A stretch of 40,000 bases of DNA from Bacillus sp. 28A-2 (GTDB lineage: Bacteria > Bacillota > Bacilli > Bacillales > Bacillaceae), in the NCBI RefSeq assembly GCF_014764715.1, contig NZ_JACXXE010000012.1, positions 18,248-58,247 on the forward strand, written 5' to 3'. Shown here piece after piece: positions 9,701 to 17,971 of the stretch. Below the pieces are notes generated by a model. That model saw nothing but the letters and a program-made list of their open reading frames with translations. It had not been told where the DNA came from and made no database searches. Position 1 is the stretch's first letter. Each line of letters starts with the position of its first letter. The translations under genes and the position numbers were made by a program.

Positions 9701-11740
9701 CATTCCTCCTCTTAAACCTTTGCCCCATTTGTAGACAGCAAAAGCGCCAGAAAGAATGGATTTAAGCGGCTTTAATAAAGTGGCCACTTTTCCTAAGAAC
9801 GCAAGCGCAAACGCATTGGCAATCAAAGCACCAGCAATTGAGCATTCTCCAGTAAGAGCATTCCAGTTGATCTCACCGATCTTTTTGGCAATACGGATAC
9901 CTAATTTCACAGGATCAAGGGCTTCAAGAAACGATTCAATGAATATCTTTCCTGCCTTAGCTCCTGCATCAGTGAAACTGTCCTCGGATGATTTGTCATC
10001 AATACCAAGTAGACCGTTAATTACACCGTTTATGATGCCACCGTAGGTCTTACCGACATTCTCCGCCATTTTGAAAAGACCAGGTTTCCCCGTCTTCTCC
10101 CACCACGCTCCGAAAACATCCTTCGTGTTATCAAGGACGAGCTTCCATCTTGTCTCAAAGCTCATATCTCGATATTTCTCAAGCTGTTCAAAGTGCTTCT
10201 GTAATTTGGGGTTATCCTTAAATTTCACCTTGAGCTCTTTCATTTGCTTCTTGGAGAGTTTTTCTCCAGGAAACAGAATTTTAAATTGATCACCAATAAA
10301 TCCGAATACGCTTTTGGTCGGATTTAAAAAGCTATTTGCAAAGGCTTTACCAGCCTTTTCAGCTTTATTGGAAAGGTCGGTCAGTACAAAGGAGTATTCC
10401 CCACGCCATGTTCTAAACGCTTCGAGAGCGGGTTGAAACGCAGCTGCAAGTCCTTTACCCCAAGGCATAAGAATGCTGTTGTTGATGAATGATTTGACAC
10501 CAAGGAATAAGTTGGCTAGGTTGTCGGACATTTTGATCATCATGTCGTTGTATTTGCCAAATTCCTTCGTTACTTCCGGCCATGTTTGCTTGATGTCTTT
10601 TCCGCTCTTTGCAAGTTTTTCGAGCTTACCTCTGGCATCACCAGAGATCGCCCCCATTTCCTGAAGCGCTGCCGTTGCGTCACCGATAGGACGCCCCGAT
10701 TTAATGCCGTCATATAAACGCCCCATCCATAGCGCAACTTCGGAAAATGGCCGCTGAACACCTGCAGCAACATCCCCGACTAGCTTCATGCCTTCAGTCG
10801 TAGAAAGGGCATTGCCCGTAAATACTTGGAGGACGCGAGATGACTCGAAAATTTCATCACGAGTAAATGGCGTTTGACCAGCAAATGCCGTCAGTTCATC
10901 CAGTCGTGCATCTGCTTTACCCCTGCTTCCGAGCAAAGTTTCAAACGCAGTGGTCATATTCTGTCGATCCGCTACCATTTTGAGCGGCACGACAATACCA
11001 CCTGTTGCACCGGCACCGACTCCAAGCAATCCAAGTGTGCTGGTGACAGCTGACACAATCCCCCTCAATGGCTTTGTGATAAGGTCAAGGACCTTGATTG
11101 TGGTTGTGTAAGTCCGTCCCAAATGGGTATTTGCAAATGAGACAGCCCCACGTACTGGAGCCGTAAAACGATCGATCGCATTGATCGCTACCCTGTATTC
11201 AGTACCGAGGGTATTCCGAGTATAAGACGCTATACGGCTTACCGTGCGCCGGACCATATCAACGGCTCTAATGGTATAGCTGTAGCCCCGACCAAGCTGA
11301 CGTGCTGCATATGAAGCAATACGTCTGATTCCTGCGGTTGCCCGATCATGGACCGTTATGGCAAACCGTTCTACTTTGCCAAATTTCCGATCGATGTAAC
11401 GACGCAGCCGGACAAGTCCTGGTGTTGCCTGATCTTTAATACGCATCAACACGCTATGAGTACGCGGCATCTTGCGTTGTAAGAAGCCATTGAACTTTCT
11501 CAATGCTTTTGTGGCCAGATCATTTACATCAAGCGTCAGCTGATAAGTTCTAGCAAGATCACGCAATATGAATCGCTGCACACGTCTTAATGCAATTGTG
11601 GCATTGTCCCGTACTCTCAATGTGATTGGCCGCTCTGATCTGCGGCGCAATCTATCAAGTCGTTCTAAGTCCCCTCTGATCAAACGCAATTTACGCGTGA
11701 TCCGGTCTTGTAATTCAAACCGAGCGGTTAAACGAGCCAT
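6764..11740 (-). CDS. xkdO: Tail tape measure protein with C-terminal lytic transglycosylase domain
   Basis: 1658-aa ORF with AAAGGAGGA before the ATG. It has Arg-rich N-terminal repeats, Gly-rich hydrophobic segments and seven WF..NVW.P repeats. An SLT-like motif ([30 protein letters not shown]) is present. Confidence 0.85.
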   Translation of the reverse strand: MARLTARFELQDRITRKLRLIRGDLERLDRLRRRSERPITLRVRDNATIALRRVQRFILRDLARTYQLTLDVNDLATKALRKFNGFLQRKMPRTHSVLMRIKDQATPGLVRLRRYIDRKFGKVERFAITVHDRATAGIRRIASYAARQLGRGYSYTIRAVDMVRRTVSRIASYTRNTLGTEYRVAINAIDRFTAPVRGAVSFANTHLGRTYTTTIKVLDLITKPLRGIVSAVTSTLGLLGVGAGATGGIVVPLKMVADRQNMTTAFETLLGSRGKADARLDELTAFAGQTPFTRDEIFESSRVLQVFTGNALSTTEGMKLVGDVAAGVQRPFSEVALWMGRLYDGIKSGRPIGDATAALQEMGAISGDARGKLEKLAKSGKDIKQTWPEVTKEFGKYNDMMIKMSDNLANLFLGVKSFINNSILMPWGKGLAAAFQPALEAFRTWRGEYSFVLTDLSNKAEKAGKAFANSFLNPTKSVFGFIGDQFKILFPGEKLSKKQMKELKVKFKDNPKLQKHFEQLEKYRDMSFETRWKLVLDNTKDVFGAWWEKTGKPGLFKMAENVGKTYGGIINGVINGLLGIDDKSSEDSFTDAGAKAGKIFIESFLEALDPVKLGIRIAKKIGEINWNALTGECSIAGALIANAFALAFLGKVATLLKPLKSILSGAFAVYKWGKGLRGGMGAGTSGGVIGGAGGAGRPPRNPRTPEYRQPWINRGDPVRPTTPNQARGGGLLGKVGKGAKSIGKRIPILGTAIAATELIGMNNDNKGEKIGGFMGNLGGGIGGAALGTLIAPGIGTAIGGVLGSIFGGDLGNWIGKMFDDGTIKKKWDELVKGAENAVQWIKDTWSTVSGWFNDNVLTPITTFFSDTWTWITEKWGQLSSWFMNNVWLPIYNFAVPIINFVVGVFVVAWEVISTVWGAASTWFMDNVWTPYGQVAVTAITLVWNKIVELWNWIQITWSVFSAWFMTYVWEPFGSVAIEAIVWVWNKLTEFWNWIQFVWGTFAVWFDTFVWQPFINVGLPAIMFIWNLFKNTWNWIKTSWVVLATWFDEYVWQPYKKYAEPAITFVWEKFKDAWTIIKGIWKVVSGWFEEKVFNPLKKHAENLKKTWEGIFGVVGNVVGKIKETTGNVFKIFEKKGEEKTGYKKIPTKGKKPDQKATGGYITKPTLSWIGEAGKEFVIPTENNKGRGKMLLAQAASHLGMSVMPSGASPISQTGSSSPMRPAAASSVSTSTSGSVSIGDAANASKYGEQFSTDFEKGLNSKVVSLEQWKQANIKQPFTQIQAATPQYGAQTVTGFAAGQNMTPTGTGQFLDQNVRQPFLSARQESPTWGSGLIDSFNSGMRSKGSEVTQAAKEMAKKVEQAFREELDIHSPSRVMMSLGKFASIGVVKGLDSVDVKKFAENQAGSLIAAFSGMGASNLSVQQWLMAALMATGTSMSWLPGLMTIAQNESRGNPKAINLWDSNAKRGTPSKGLMQTIDPTFNSNKASGMNDIWNPIHNAAAAINYIKGRYGSVYNTPGLRSIRNGGPYKGYANGGLITQEQIARVGEGNKREWIIPEERGIRGRYLLAQAAQALGMDVYDPATATSSELSQGQVQTVTAGTANAPSASGGSKQIIINFNGEQHYHNGQDAEGLAEKIKQMLIDELENEINTGTKGVVIDG

Positions 11741-11743
11741 GTC

Positions 11744-12369
11744 TTATCCTCCTTTCTTCGATTCCTTTTCAAGCACTTCTAATTTGTGGGCTATTAACCC
11801 AAACAAAAAGGCCTTGAATCGCCTTGGCGCTTCATAGACCTCTAAGAGTTCAGACGGGGAGTAATGAAGCTCATGCATGCAGTAATACAGATACACAGCC
11901 TCTTTGTTCCCGTCTTTTATTAGTTTTTTGCTTCAGTTTCAAGGTCCTCAATTTCATCTTCAAACCCATTGACCTCAATTGCTTTGTTTAACCAGTTCGC
12001 ATATTCACCGCCGACAGACAGGACACGCTTTGCCACTTCGACTGGATCTTGGGTGCTGTATGCCTCACGCAATTCCTTTGATTTGAAATCAGGGTAAATG
12101 GTTGATTCAACCGCGATACGTGCATAGAAGCGTTGAGAATCCAAGTCTTTTACACGTCCACGACCTTTAACATTTTTGAACGTTGTGTTTTCCTTCTCCA
12201 ATTCGTCAATACGTTCAGTTGTAATGGCTTTAAATACGAATGGGATCACTTTACCTTCTTTATCAACGAAACGCTTTGAAATGATTGATTTGACCTCTTC
12301 CGCTTCTGTTGTTTGTCCTGGCATAAAGAATGAAAGATCATATACGTTGTTTGTTTGTTTTTCGCTCAT
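11744..12369 (-). CDS. Tail assembly chaperone, long isoform by predicted -1 frameshift
   Basis: After a slip at 11929-11923 the reading continues ...KKLIKDGNKEAVYLYYCMHELHYSPSELLEVYEAPRRFKAFLFGLIAHKLEVLEKESKKGG. It stops at 11746-11744, 3 nt before the tape measure ATG. This fills an otherwise gene-free 180 bp. Confidence 0.5.
11920..12369 (-). CDS. xkdN: Tail assembly chaperone, short form
   Basis: 149 aa from ATG 12369, which lies 9 nt after AAGGGAG (MSEKQTNNVYDLSFF...). Its position between the tube and tape measure genes fits. The track's longer 176-aa start lies in the intergenic region. Confidence 0.6.
   Translation of the reverse strand: MSEKQTNNVYDLSFFMPGQTTEAEEVKSIISKRFVDKEGKVIPFVFKAITTERIDELEKENTTFKNVKGRGRVKDLDSQRFYARIAVESTIYPDFKSKELREAYSTQDPVEVAKRVLSVGGEYANWLNKAIEVNGFEDEIEDLETEAKN
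11923..11929 (-). promoter_or_regulatory. Slippery heptamer A_AAA_AAC for a -1 programmed frameshift
   Basis: On the minus strand, GCA AAA AAC TAA places A_AAA_AAC in X_XXY_YYZ phase, ending directly at the chaperone stop codon. The -1 frame stays open for 59 more codons. Confidence 0.55.
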
Positions 12370-12403
12370 GTTTAAAAACTCCCTTTGATTTGTTTTTTTG
12401 AAT

Positions 12404-12438
12404 GCAAAAAAGCACATCCATTTTTTGAATGTGCTTTC
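12404..12438 (-). terminator. Intrinsic terminator-like hairpin just upstream of the chaperone gene
   Basis: A perfect 9-bp stem (aaagcacat 12410-12418 / atgtgcttt 12430-12438) with an 11-nt loop reads on the minus strand as stem, then a TTTTTT run that includes the last three stem bases, then GCATTC. Confidence 0.45.
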
Positions 12439-12451
12439 CAATCTTTTCATG

Positions 12452-12457
12452 TATAAT
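12452..12457 (+). promoter_or_regulatory. Candidate -10 box (TATAAT) for the toxin mRNA
   Basis: A perfect TATAAT preceded by TG lies about 70 nt upstream of the toxin ATG. No good -35 is present at 17 nt. Confidence 0.35.
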
Positions 12458-12527
12458 TGAGAACGTACAATTGAACGGCTTGCTCAAGGGTGTCTGGCTC
12501 ATCCCCGATAGGAAGGGGGTGATGCTC

Positions 12528-12611
12528 ATGTCAACGTTCCAAGCGATTTCCCTAATGCTTTTATTCGGGATGTTTATCCTTGCTTTGTTGACGTATATAA
12601 ACAAAAAATAG
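12528..12611 (+). CDS. Type I toxin, 27-aa hydrophobic peptide (Hol-Tox / BsrE-BsrH-like)
   Basis: SD GGAAGGGGGTGA lies 7 nt before ATG 12528. Translation is MSTFQAISLMLLFGMFILALLTYINKK, a single TM helix with a basic tail. It is on the opposite strand to all neighbours and resembles my recollection of B. subtilis BsrE. Confidence 0.65.
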   Translation: MSTFQAISLMLLFGMFILALLTYINKK

Positions 12612-12648
12612 ACTCCCCTTGAGCTTTGGACGGTTGAAGGGAAAGTCT
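12602..12648 (-). terminator. Intrinsic terminator of the candidate antitoxin RNA
   Basis: On the minus strand AGACTTTCCCTT (12648-12637) pairs with AAGGGGAGTCT (12620-12610): 11 bp with one bulge and a 16-nt loop. TTTTTT follows, which is the complement of the toxin's last Lys codons. Confidence 0.45.
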
Positions 12649-12730
12649 ATCCTTAAAACTATCTAATTGATAAGCCAGCCCCTTGAAGGGCCTCATTGTA
12701 CATTGCCGGGATGTTGACGCATCCTGGCTT
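12603..12730 (-). ncRNA. Candidate antisense antitoxin RNA (about 125 nt) complementary to the toxin mRNA 3' UTR
   Basis: It is bounded by a minus-strand promoter (TTTACA, 16 nt, TACAAT) and a minus-strand terminator. It contains no ORF. It fully overlaps the toxin 3' UTR and terminator. Confidence 0.4.
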
Positions 12731-12736
12731 CTTTTT
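12705..12736 (+). terminator. Intrinsic terminator of the toxin mRNA
   Basis: gccgggatg (12705-12713) pairs with catcctggc (12720-12728), including one G-U pair, around a 6-nt loop. TTCTTTTT follows. Confidence 0.6.
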
Positions 12737-12764
12737 ATTGTATGCAAATCACTTTGCATGTAAA
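12737..12764 (-). promoter_or_regulatory. Sigma-A-type promoter for the antisense RNA (TTTACA, 16 nt, TACAAT)
   Basis: On the minus strand the -35 TTTACA is at 12764-12759 and the -10 TACAAT at 12742-12737. The 16-nt spacer is itself a palindrome (tgcaaa tcac tttgca). Confidence 0.45.
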
Positions 12765-12802
12765 CAAGTTTTTTCTCGAATGGTGAATGGTGGGTTCACT
12801 AT

Positions 12803-12829
12803 TATCCCATGTATCCCATGTATCCCATT
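12803..12829. repeat. 9-bp tandem repeat x3 (TATCCCATG TATCCCATG TATCCCATT)
   Basis: Read directly from the sequence. It is intergenic, about 40 bp upstream of the antisense-RNA promoter on the minus strand. Confidence 0.9.
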
Positions 12830-12928
12830 TATCAAAAGTATATCATATTTGTACAAAAAAGTGAAAATACCTTATTTAAAAACACTCATAGTCAGTTCTT
12901 TTGTTACATTTTCTATGGTGATTAAATT

Positions 12929-13372
12929 TTAAAAGGAATCTTTCAGCTTCTCAGGAAGATCAAAGTCCTCAAACGTGAAAGGAACCTCTTCTTCAAGTGC
13001 CTCTGAATCGACATCTAGTCCAGCAATTTTAGCTGAATCAAAGTTCACATCAAACAATGTGACACGCTCTGTGCCGCGGCCAGATGATTTGTCATCCAGT
13101 ACAGCTTGAATGGTGAAGTATGGATCTTGTCCTTTCTTTACATAGTTCAGCATGAGCTGAACGAAACGTGATGTGACTTTATAGAAAGTCGCTGTGCCAG
13201 TACCATTCGCACCGGTTGTCTTGTGACCGGTCATACGACGGCCCATGACATTGACCTCTGATTTGTTTTTCTCCACGTTCGCTTCAAATGTTTTAATAAA
13301 CGCCAATTCCTCACCATCGAGGAATAAGCGTCCTTCCTTACCTGAAATGGTATTCTGCGCTTTAAAAGCCAT
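12929..13372 (-). CDS. xkdM: Tail tube protein
   Basis: 147-aa ORF (the same length as PBSX XkdM) immediately after the sheath gene. The N-terminus is MAFKAQNTISGKEGRLFLDGEE... Confidence 0.8.
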   Translation of the reverse strand: MAFKAQNTISGKEGRLFLDGEELAFIKTFEANVEKNKSEVNVMGRRMTGHKTTGANGTGTATFYKVTSRFVQLMLNYVKKGQDPYFTIQAVLDDKSSGRGTERVTLFDVNFDSAKIAGLDVDSEALEEEVPFTFEDFDLPEKLKDSF

Positions 13373-13373
13373 C

Positions 13374-14720
13374 TTATTTCACCTCTACATTGAAATAGAA
13401 TTTTTCAGCTGCATCAACAGGTTGAACAGCTAGATCAATCAAGAAACCGTCACGATCTTCATTTAAAGCGATCGTAATATCTGTTTCAGAGTCAAAGCCA
13501 GTGATTCCAGATCCATCTTGGAGCTGCGTGAGATATTGTGTGATGAGTGTTTTCACCAGCTGCAGCCCATCATCAGATGCAGGAATGTCATTGCCGTTGG
13601 CTTTGCGTAATTTAATCAGATTCTTCAATTCTCTCGTTAGATCGTTGTTGATCGCATCGAGCACTCGGACAATTTTGTTTTTCCCGAATGTCTTGTTCTT
13701 CTCGGTTGTGTAAGTCGTTAAGGAGTTAATGTCCTTTTCAACGCTTACTGTGCGATCTCTCGCATCAAATGTGAACAAGAATTCGCCTTGTGATAAGCGG
13801 TATTCCACTTGATCATTATCAAGACGCTCTAACGTATCCACAGCACCCTCATATTCAACAAAGGTTAACGACTGATTGAAGTTGGCTCCTGCAGATGCAC
13901 CGGCAACCCATGCTGTTGCTTTTGCTGGCGTGATCTCTGTTCCATCTTCTAGCAAGACACCGCTTGTGACATTGATAATTCCTTCATGATCAGCCGGATA
14001 GTTTGCCAAAACTCCTTGCACCTTACGTCCTTGATCATCACGCAGCCGCTTGACGAAAGCCACAAATGTCGCTTTTAATTGCTCACTAGTGTTATTAGGC
14101 AGCGCGATCACGTCAAAGTATTCTGTCTCAGCTGCTTCAAGAAATGCTGTGTAATCTGCCACGCTTGGAACACCATTTTTCCCACCGCTTAGTGTTACAC
14201 CAGCGGTGATTGTCACTTCACCTTCACCAGAGAACGAAACATATTTGTTTTGCTTCAGCTCTTTGACATCAGTGACAACCTGCTTATCAACAATGTCTGT
14301 ACCAACGTAAGTCACCACATCACGCTTGGAGCTATCCAATACGTTTTCAGTGACTTGGATCGTGACCTCATTCCCTTTCTGTCCACCATAATTAGCAAGA
14401 ACGTTGAAATTCTCGCTGATCTGAGCCTTTGCTGGCTCACCTTCATTCAGGCGATACAAAAGAACCGTTTGTGCTTTTTTCTTCGCTTCTCGGAAAAGAA
14501 GCAGTGATTTGTCATCAATGTTTAATCCGACTTTTTTATTTAAGTCCTCGATGCCTGAGATAGAGATGAACGTCTTAGGCTCTCCCCAACTCATTGTGAT
14601 TGGGAGTGCAACGGTGCCGCGATCACCTAACGTGATACGCTGCTGTGCTGTGGTTTTGAAATTGAAGTAGATACCAGGGCGCTTCTTTTCTGTACCTGGT
14701 GTAAAAGTACCTCCATTCAT
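13374..14720 (-). CDS. xkdK: Contractile tail sheath protein
   Basis: 448-aa ORF. The N-terminus MNGGTFTPGTEKKRPGIYFNF is typical of sheath proteins. It is followed by the tube gene. Confidence 0.85.
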   Translation of the reverse strand: MNGGTFTPGTEKKRPGIYFNFKTTAQQRITLGDRGTVALPITMSWGEPKTFISISGIEDLNKKVGLNIDDKSLLLFREAKKKAQTVLLYRLNEGEPAKAQISENFNVLANYGGQKGNEVTIQVTENVLDSSKRDVVTYVGTDIVDKQVVTDVKELKQNKYVSFSGEGEVTITAGVTLSGGKNGVPSVADYTAFLEAAETEYFDVIALPNNTSEQLKATFVAFVKRLRDDQGRKVQGVLANYPADHEGIINVTSGVLLEDGTEITPAKATAWVAGASAGANFNQSLTFVEYEGAVDTLERLDNDQVEYRLSQGEFLFTFDARDRTVSVEKDINSLTTYTTEKNKTFGKNKIVRVLDAINNDLTRELKNLIKLRKANGNDIPASDDGLQLVKTLITQYLTQLQDGSGITGFDSETDITIALNEDRDGFLIDLAVQPVDAAEKFYFNVEVK

Positions 14721-14722
14721 GC

Positions 14723-14947
14723 TTAAACCTCCTTAGACAAAAAAGCATCAATCTGCTTCTTTGCTTCTGTTTTTGTAATTGGTTGATCTTTGATATAAAA
14801 AAGAGCACCCTCAAGGATTTCAGGCTTTACGCCAAACAATTCCTTGCTGTGCTCTTTCAAGGCTTCAAATGAAAATGCTGCTTCTTTAGGAAGAACCGGA
14901 GCGGCTTTTTCTTCTTTCACCTGTGATTCATTTTTAGTTTTGCTCAC
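14723..14947 (-). CDS. Small phage protein of unknown function
   Basis: 74-aa ORF with a GTG start 6 nt after GGGGTGA, packed between the tail-completion and sheath genes. Confidence 0.45.
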   Translation of the reverse strand: MSKTKNESQVKEEKAAPVLPKEAAFSFEALKEHSKELFGVKPEILEGALFYIKDQPITKTEAKKQIDAFLSKEV

Positions 14948-15389
14948 GTTTGATCACCCCGTCTGAAAAATTTATGTCGTCAAGGCTTGGTTGCTCATCT
15001 CGGTTGTACCAATAGGCGCTATCCCATGTGAGGACAATCGTTGCCACACCTTGATCTGCAATCCTAGTTTCCGCCCTCTTAATGCGAACATATTGATCAA
15101 GCGGTTCACCTTCTACACTAATCATCTGAATGATATTCCGATCAGCTGACAAGGCATCCACTATCGACTCAGCTGCATCATGAGCCTGTCCAGAATCTTT
15201 ATGAAACACTTTAATATGCAGCGTGTAGGTTTTAAGGAACGTTGAAACAGTATCGTTCCTTGTATTGACCCATGCTGCTGGAAAGTACATCGATGGGATC
15301 TGAAACTGTTCAGGAATCTCTTTTTCATATACTTTCACCGGAAACCGCTTGTAACAATAATTCATGATGGCGCCGACTTCTTGATTCAT
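14934..15389 (-). CDS. XkdJ/YqbJ-like tail completion protein
   Basis: 151-aa ORF in the conserved position between the HK97 gp10-like and sheath genes. Confidence 0.45.
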   Translation of the reverse strand: MNQEVGAIMNYCYKRFPVKVYEKEIPEQFQIPSMYFPAAWVNTRNDTVSTFLKTYTLHIKVFHKDSGQAHDAAESIVDALSADRNIIQMISVEGEPLDQYVRIKRAETRIADQGVATIVLTWDSAYWYNRDEQPSLDDINFSDGVIKREQN

Positions 15390-15393
15390 CTAA

Positions 15394-15900
15394 TCACCGT
15401 CCAAATCGTTCATCGATCCATTGCTGCAGCTTACGTTCCAATGATTGTTCAAACATCTGCTCAAAGATAGATATTGCATTATCCCAATAGCCGCTGCCCT
15501 CAACCCACTGGAACTTTAGAAGCATTCCTGTTTCAGAGTTTGGATCGTATTCAAACCGGTCACCAACCCATCTGCCAGGAACCCATCGCCTGTCCTGATT
15601 TTTACTAGTATCAATCGTAAAGTGTCCATCGTTTGTGTAAGATGCATATTCCAAGTTGGTCCCTACATCTAGGGTGAGACCGCCACTGCTCATCGAAAAG
15701 ACGTTTTCTTGGTCTCCTTTTTGGAATGAGTTGAGCAAACGACGAGCATCCACTGTTTTTGTACGAATGACTTCATCCTGAACAATATCAAGAAACTCAT
15801 AGCCCATTCCTTCAAGCCATTCTTCATATTCTGCTTGCAAGCCGCCATTAACAGCTGCATTCAAATCCTCTATGAACTGATCAAGACCATCAATCCTCAT
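15394..15900 (-). CDS. HK97 gp10-family head-tail joining protein (XkdI-like)
   Basis: 168-aa ORF whose position and size match XkdI/YqbI. A 4-nt overlap couples it to the upstream gene. Confidence 0.5.
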   Translation of the reverse strand: MRIDGLDQFIEDLNAAVNGGLQAEYEEWLEGMGYEFLDIVQDEVIRTKTVDARRLLNSFQKGDQENVFSMSSGGLTLDVGTNLEYASYTNDGHFTIDTSKNQDRRWVPGRWVGDRFEYDPNSETGMLLKFQWVEGSGYWDNAISIFEQMFEQSLERKLQQWIDERFGR

Positions 15901-16253
15901 AGGCTTTCACTCCTCATCGCTATAACCTCAATATGATGGTTTTTAATCTTCCTAGGCTTTTGCAGTTTCAAAGTAATGCCTTCCCATACTACTTTGTCAT
16001 TTATTCGGACATCAGCATTACTAGGAAAATGAACAAGGTACGATTGATGAATGGTTGCGTTTGGCTCCTGCTGTGTGATGTTTTGATTTCTCTCTGTGAA
16101 GTAACATGCTTGATCAACTTGATCAGGCTCATCAGGATATGAAAAGATCGGCTGCGCATCCTGAACCGGCACGCCAAAACGATCTTTTGACAGCTGCTCA
16201 TTCTTTAGGTGGAAAATATCGCATCGATCCGTTAATAATGATTGATAGCTCAT
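15897..16253 (-). CDS. Head-tail adaptor (XkdH/YqbH-like)
   Basis: 118-aa ORF in the head-tail connector block, with a 4-nt overlap on both sides. Confidence 0.5.
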   Translation of the reverse strand: MSYQSLLTDRCDIFHLKNEQLSKDRFGVPVQDAQPIFSYPDEPDQVDQACYFTERNQNITQQEPNATIHQSYLVHFPSNADVRINDKVVWEGITLKLQKPRKIKNHHIEVIAMRSESL

Positions 16254-16642
16254 AGCGATCTCAACCTTAACTTGACGTTACCTGGATCTTCTGGCGCTTC
16301 TCCTGGCTCAATGAAATCTATCAACAGGTTATACACATCTGGTTTTGATATGGCGTTACCATCTGCCAGAGTATATGAATAATCGCCAATCTTTTCAGAC
16401 TTGTACCCTTTGATAATGGATTCATCGCCATTTATTAACGCGAAGAACTGCGCCATTTTAATTAATGCGATCTTAGCCTTTTCAGGAAGCGGCTGATATT
16501 TACCGCTTGTGAAATCATGACCTGCAATCTTAAATACCTCGGCTTCAGCCTCAATGATGTCACTTTCCAATAGTTCATCTGAGCGGTTTTTCACAGATTC
16601 AAATACTGTATATGCCCTAACATCTTCAGGAGAGATCAGCAT
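16250..16642 (-). CDS. Head-tail connector protein (YqbG-like, DUF3199)
   Basis: 130-aa ORF placed as the second gene after the major capsid gene. The call rests on order and size. Confidence 0.45.
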   Translation of the reverse strand: MLISPEDVRAYTVFESVKNRSDELLESDIIEAEAEVFKIAGHDFTSGKYQPLPEKAKIALIKMAQFFALINGDESIIKGYKSEKIGDYSYTLADGNAISKPDVYNLLIDFIEPGEAPEDPGNVKLRLRSL

Positions 16643-16647
16643 CAGCC

Positions 16648-17013
16648 TTACTCTCCTGTTTTTTCTTGTTGCTGTTGATGCTCAAGGATGAAGGCAATTC
16701 TTTCACTCTTATCTTTGAGCTGAGTCGGATCGCCGCCAAGATCAATAACAATGGCTTCTTGTTCAGTTTTGTTCATGCCCTTCAGTTCTGTTTCAGTGTA
16801 AATTTTTACTTCTTGTGCCGGTTCTTCTTCCTCTTTCACCGGCTCATCCGTTTTTGGATCATCAGCAGGAGCTTTTACTTCCTTACAAGCAAAAAACTCA
16901 TTGCCATCGAGATATTGAAAAACCTTTTTCTCGATTTCCTTTACTTGATTAAGAAGAAAGACATGACCCATCACAGCGTATGTCTTTCCCTTGATCAATT
17001 CGGCTGTATACAT
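16648..17013 (-). CDS. Phage protein of unknown function with acidic/Pro-rich middle
   Basis: The start is set at ATG 17013, 8 nt after AAGGAG, giving MYTAELIKGK... It lies directly after the capsid gene. Confidence 0.4.
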   Translation of the reverse strand: MYTAELIKGKTYAVMGHVFLLNQVKEIEKKVFQYLDGNEFFACKEVKAPADDPKTDEPVKEEEEPAQEVKIYTETELKGMNKTEQEAIVIDLGGDPTQLKDKSERIAFILEHQQQQEKTGE

Positions 17014-17018
17014 GTTGA

Positions 17019-17948
17019 TCACTCCTTGACCTTGACGATCTTAGCAACAGCATCTTCTTCCTCAAATTTGCTGTCGAGCTTCGCAGTCAACACAATGATG
17101 AATTTACGTCTGCGAATGTCCTTATCAACCTCGATACGAATATTGCGAGAGAAGCCAAGGATAATGTTTTTCGGATGAGTAAGTAAGATGTCTGAAACAT
17201 CTGTGCCGTCCTCTCCCATTTCATATGGCTGCATGTTTGCAATACCTTTGACTGGAACACCGAATGCGGAAGAAAGTCCACCTTGTACAGCTGCATCCCC
17301 TAGATTTGTTTGACGATCTGCCACTTTGTCCTTCCACTCGACTTCTTGGCCAGGAGACGTATAAAAACGGAATTCTTGCGGAATACGCAGATATTTTGCT
17401 GGAACTGCTTTGTATCCTTGTTTAAACACTTGGCGTGTAAGTGGTTCACCAGCTACATCTACGATATGAGATGTTGCTTGCTTACGAATACCATCTAGCT
17501 GAGCAAGGTAAGCATCAGATGACGCTGTGTCACCATTAAGGATTAATTCTTCAATGTCTACTGCCGCTCGTTCCGCAAGCATTTGCATGATAGTATTTTG
17601 TAAATTATCACCCTCGATGTTATTTTCAAGCGTGTCATATGTGATATTTACTTCAGCGATGACTTCTTTTGCATTAAGCTCCACAGTGCTTGTTGTTGGC
17701 GCAGTCTTTTGCTCATTAGTTAAACCTACACCTTCTTGACCAGGACGAAGAATCCGCTGACCAAAACCGATTTTTTCAATTTTTTGTGCATCACTATCCA
17801 TTGGAATGACACGTGCATCTTGTAGCAGTGTTGGTGCATTTTGCACCATACGAATAAATGTGCTAGATTGGGTCGGATTCATGAGACCGCCTGTTTTTAA
17901 AGTAGCAAGCGTCACTTCCGCTTTGTTAATTACCTCTTGATTTCTCAC
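17019..17948 (-). CDS. xkdG: Major capsid protein
   Basis: About 309 aa from GTG 17948, 5 nt after AAAGGAGGAA. It follows the scaffold/protease gene, and its size matches XkdG. Confidence 0.75.
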   Translation of the reverse strand: MRNQEVINKAEVTLATLKTGGLMNPTQSSTFIRMVQNAPTLLQDARVIPMDSDAQKIEKIGFGQRILRPGQEGVGLTNEQKTAPTTSTVELNAKEVIAEVNITYDTLENNIEGDNLQNTIMQMLAERAAVDIEELILNGDTASSDAYLAQLDGIRKQATSHIVDVAGEPLTRQVFKQGYKAVPAKYLRIPQEFRFYTSPGQEVEWKDKVADRQTNLGDAAVQGGLSSAFGVPVKGIANMQPYEMGEDGTDVSDILLTHPKNIILGFSRNIRIEVDKDIRRRKFIIVLTAKLDSKFEEEDAVAKIVKVKE

Positions 17949-17971
17949 TCTAGTTCCTCCTTTTTCTCGGC

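Noticed and set aside
12429-12611. 60-aa version of the toxin ORF from the track
   Set aside because: Its start lies upstream of the only plausible -10 box (12452-12457) and has no SD. Only the last 27 codons follow a strong SD and form a coherent TM peptide.
16666-17178. 170-aa plus-strand ORF
   Set aside because: It is antisense to two well-supported head genes. It has no SD, and its Phe/Leu-rich composition is typical of the reverse complement of acidic coding sequence.
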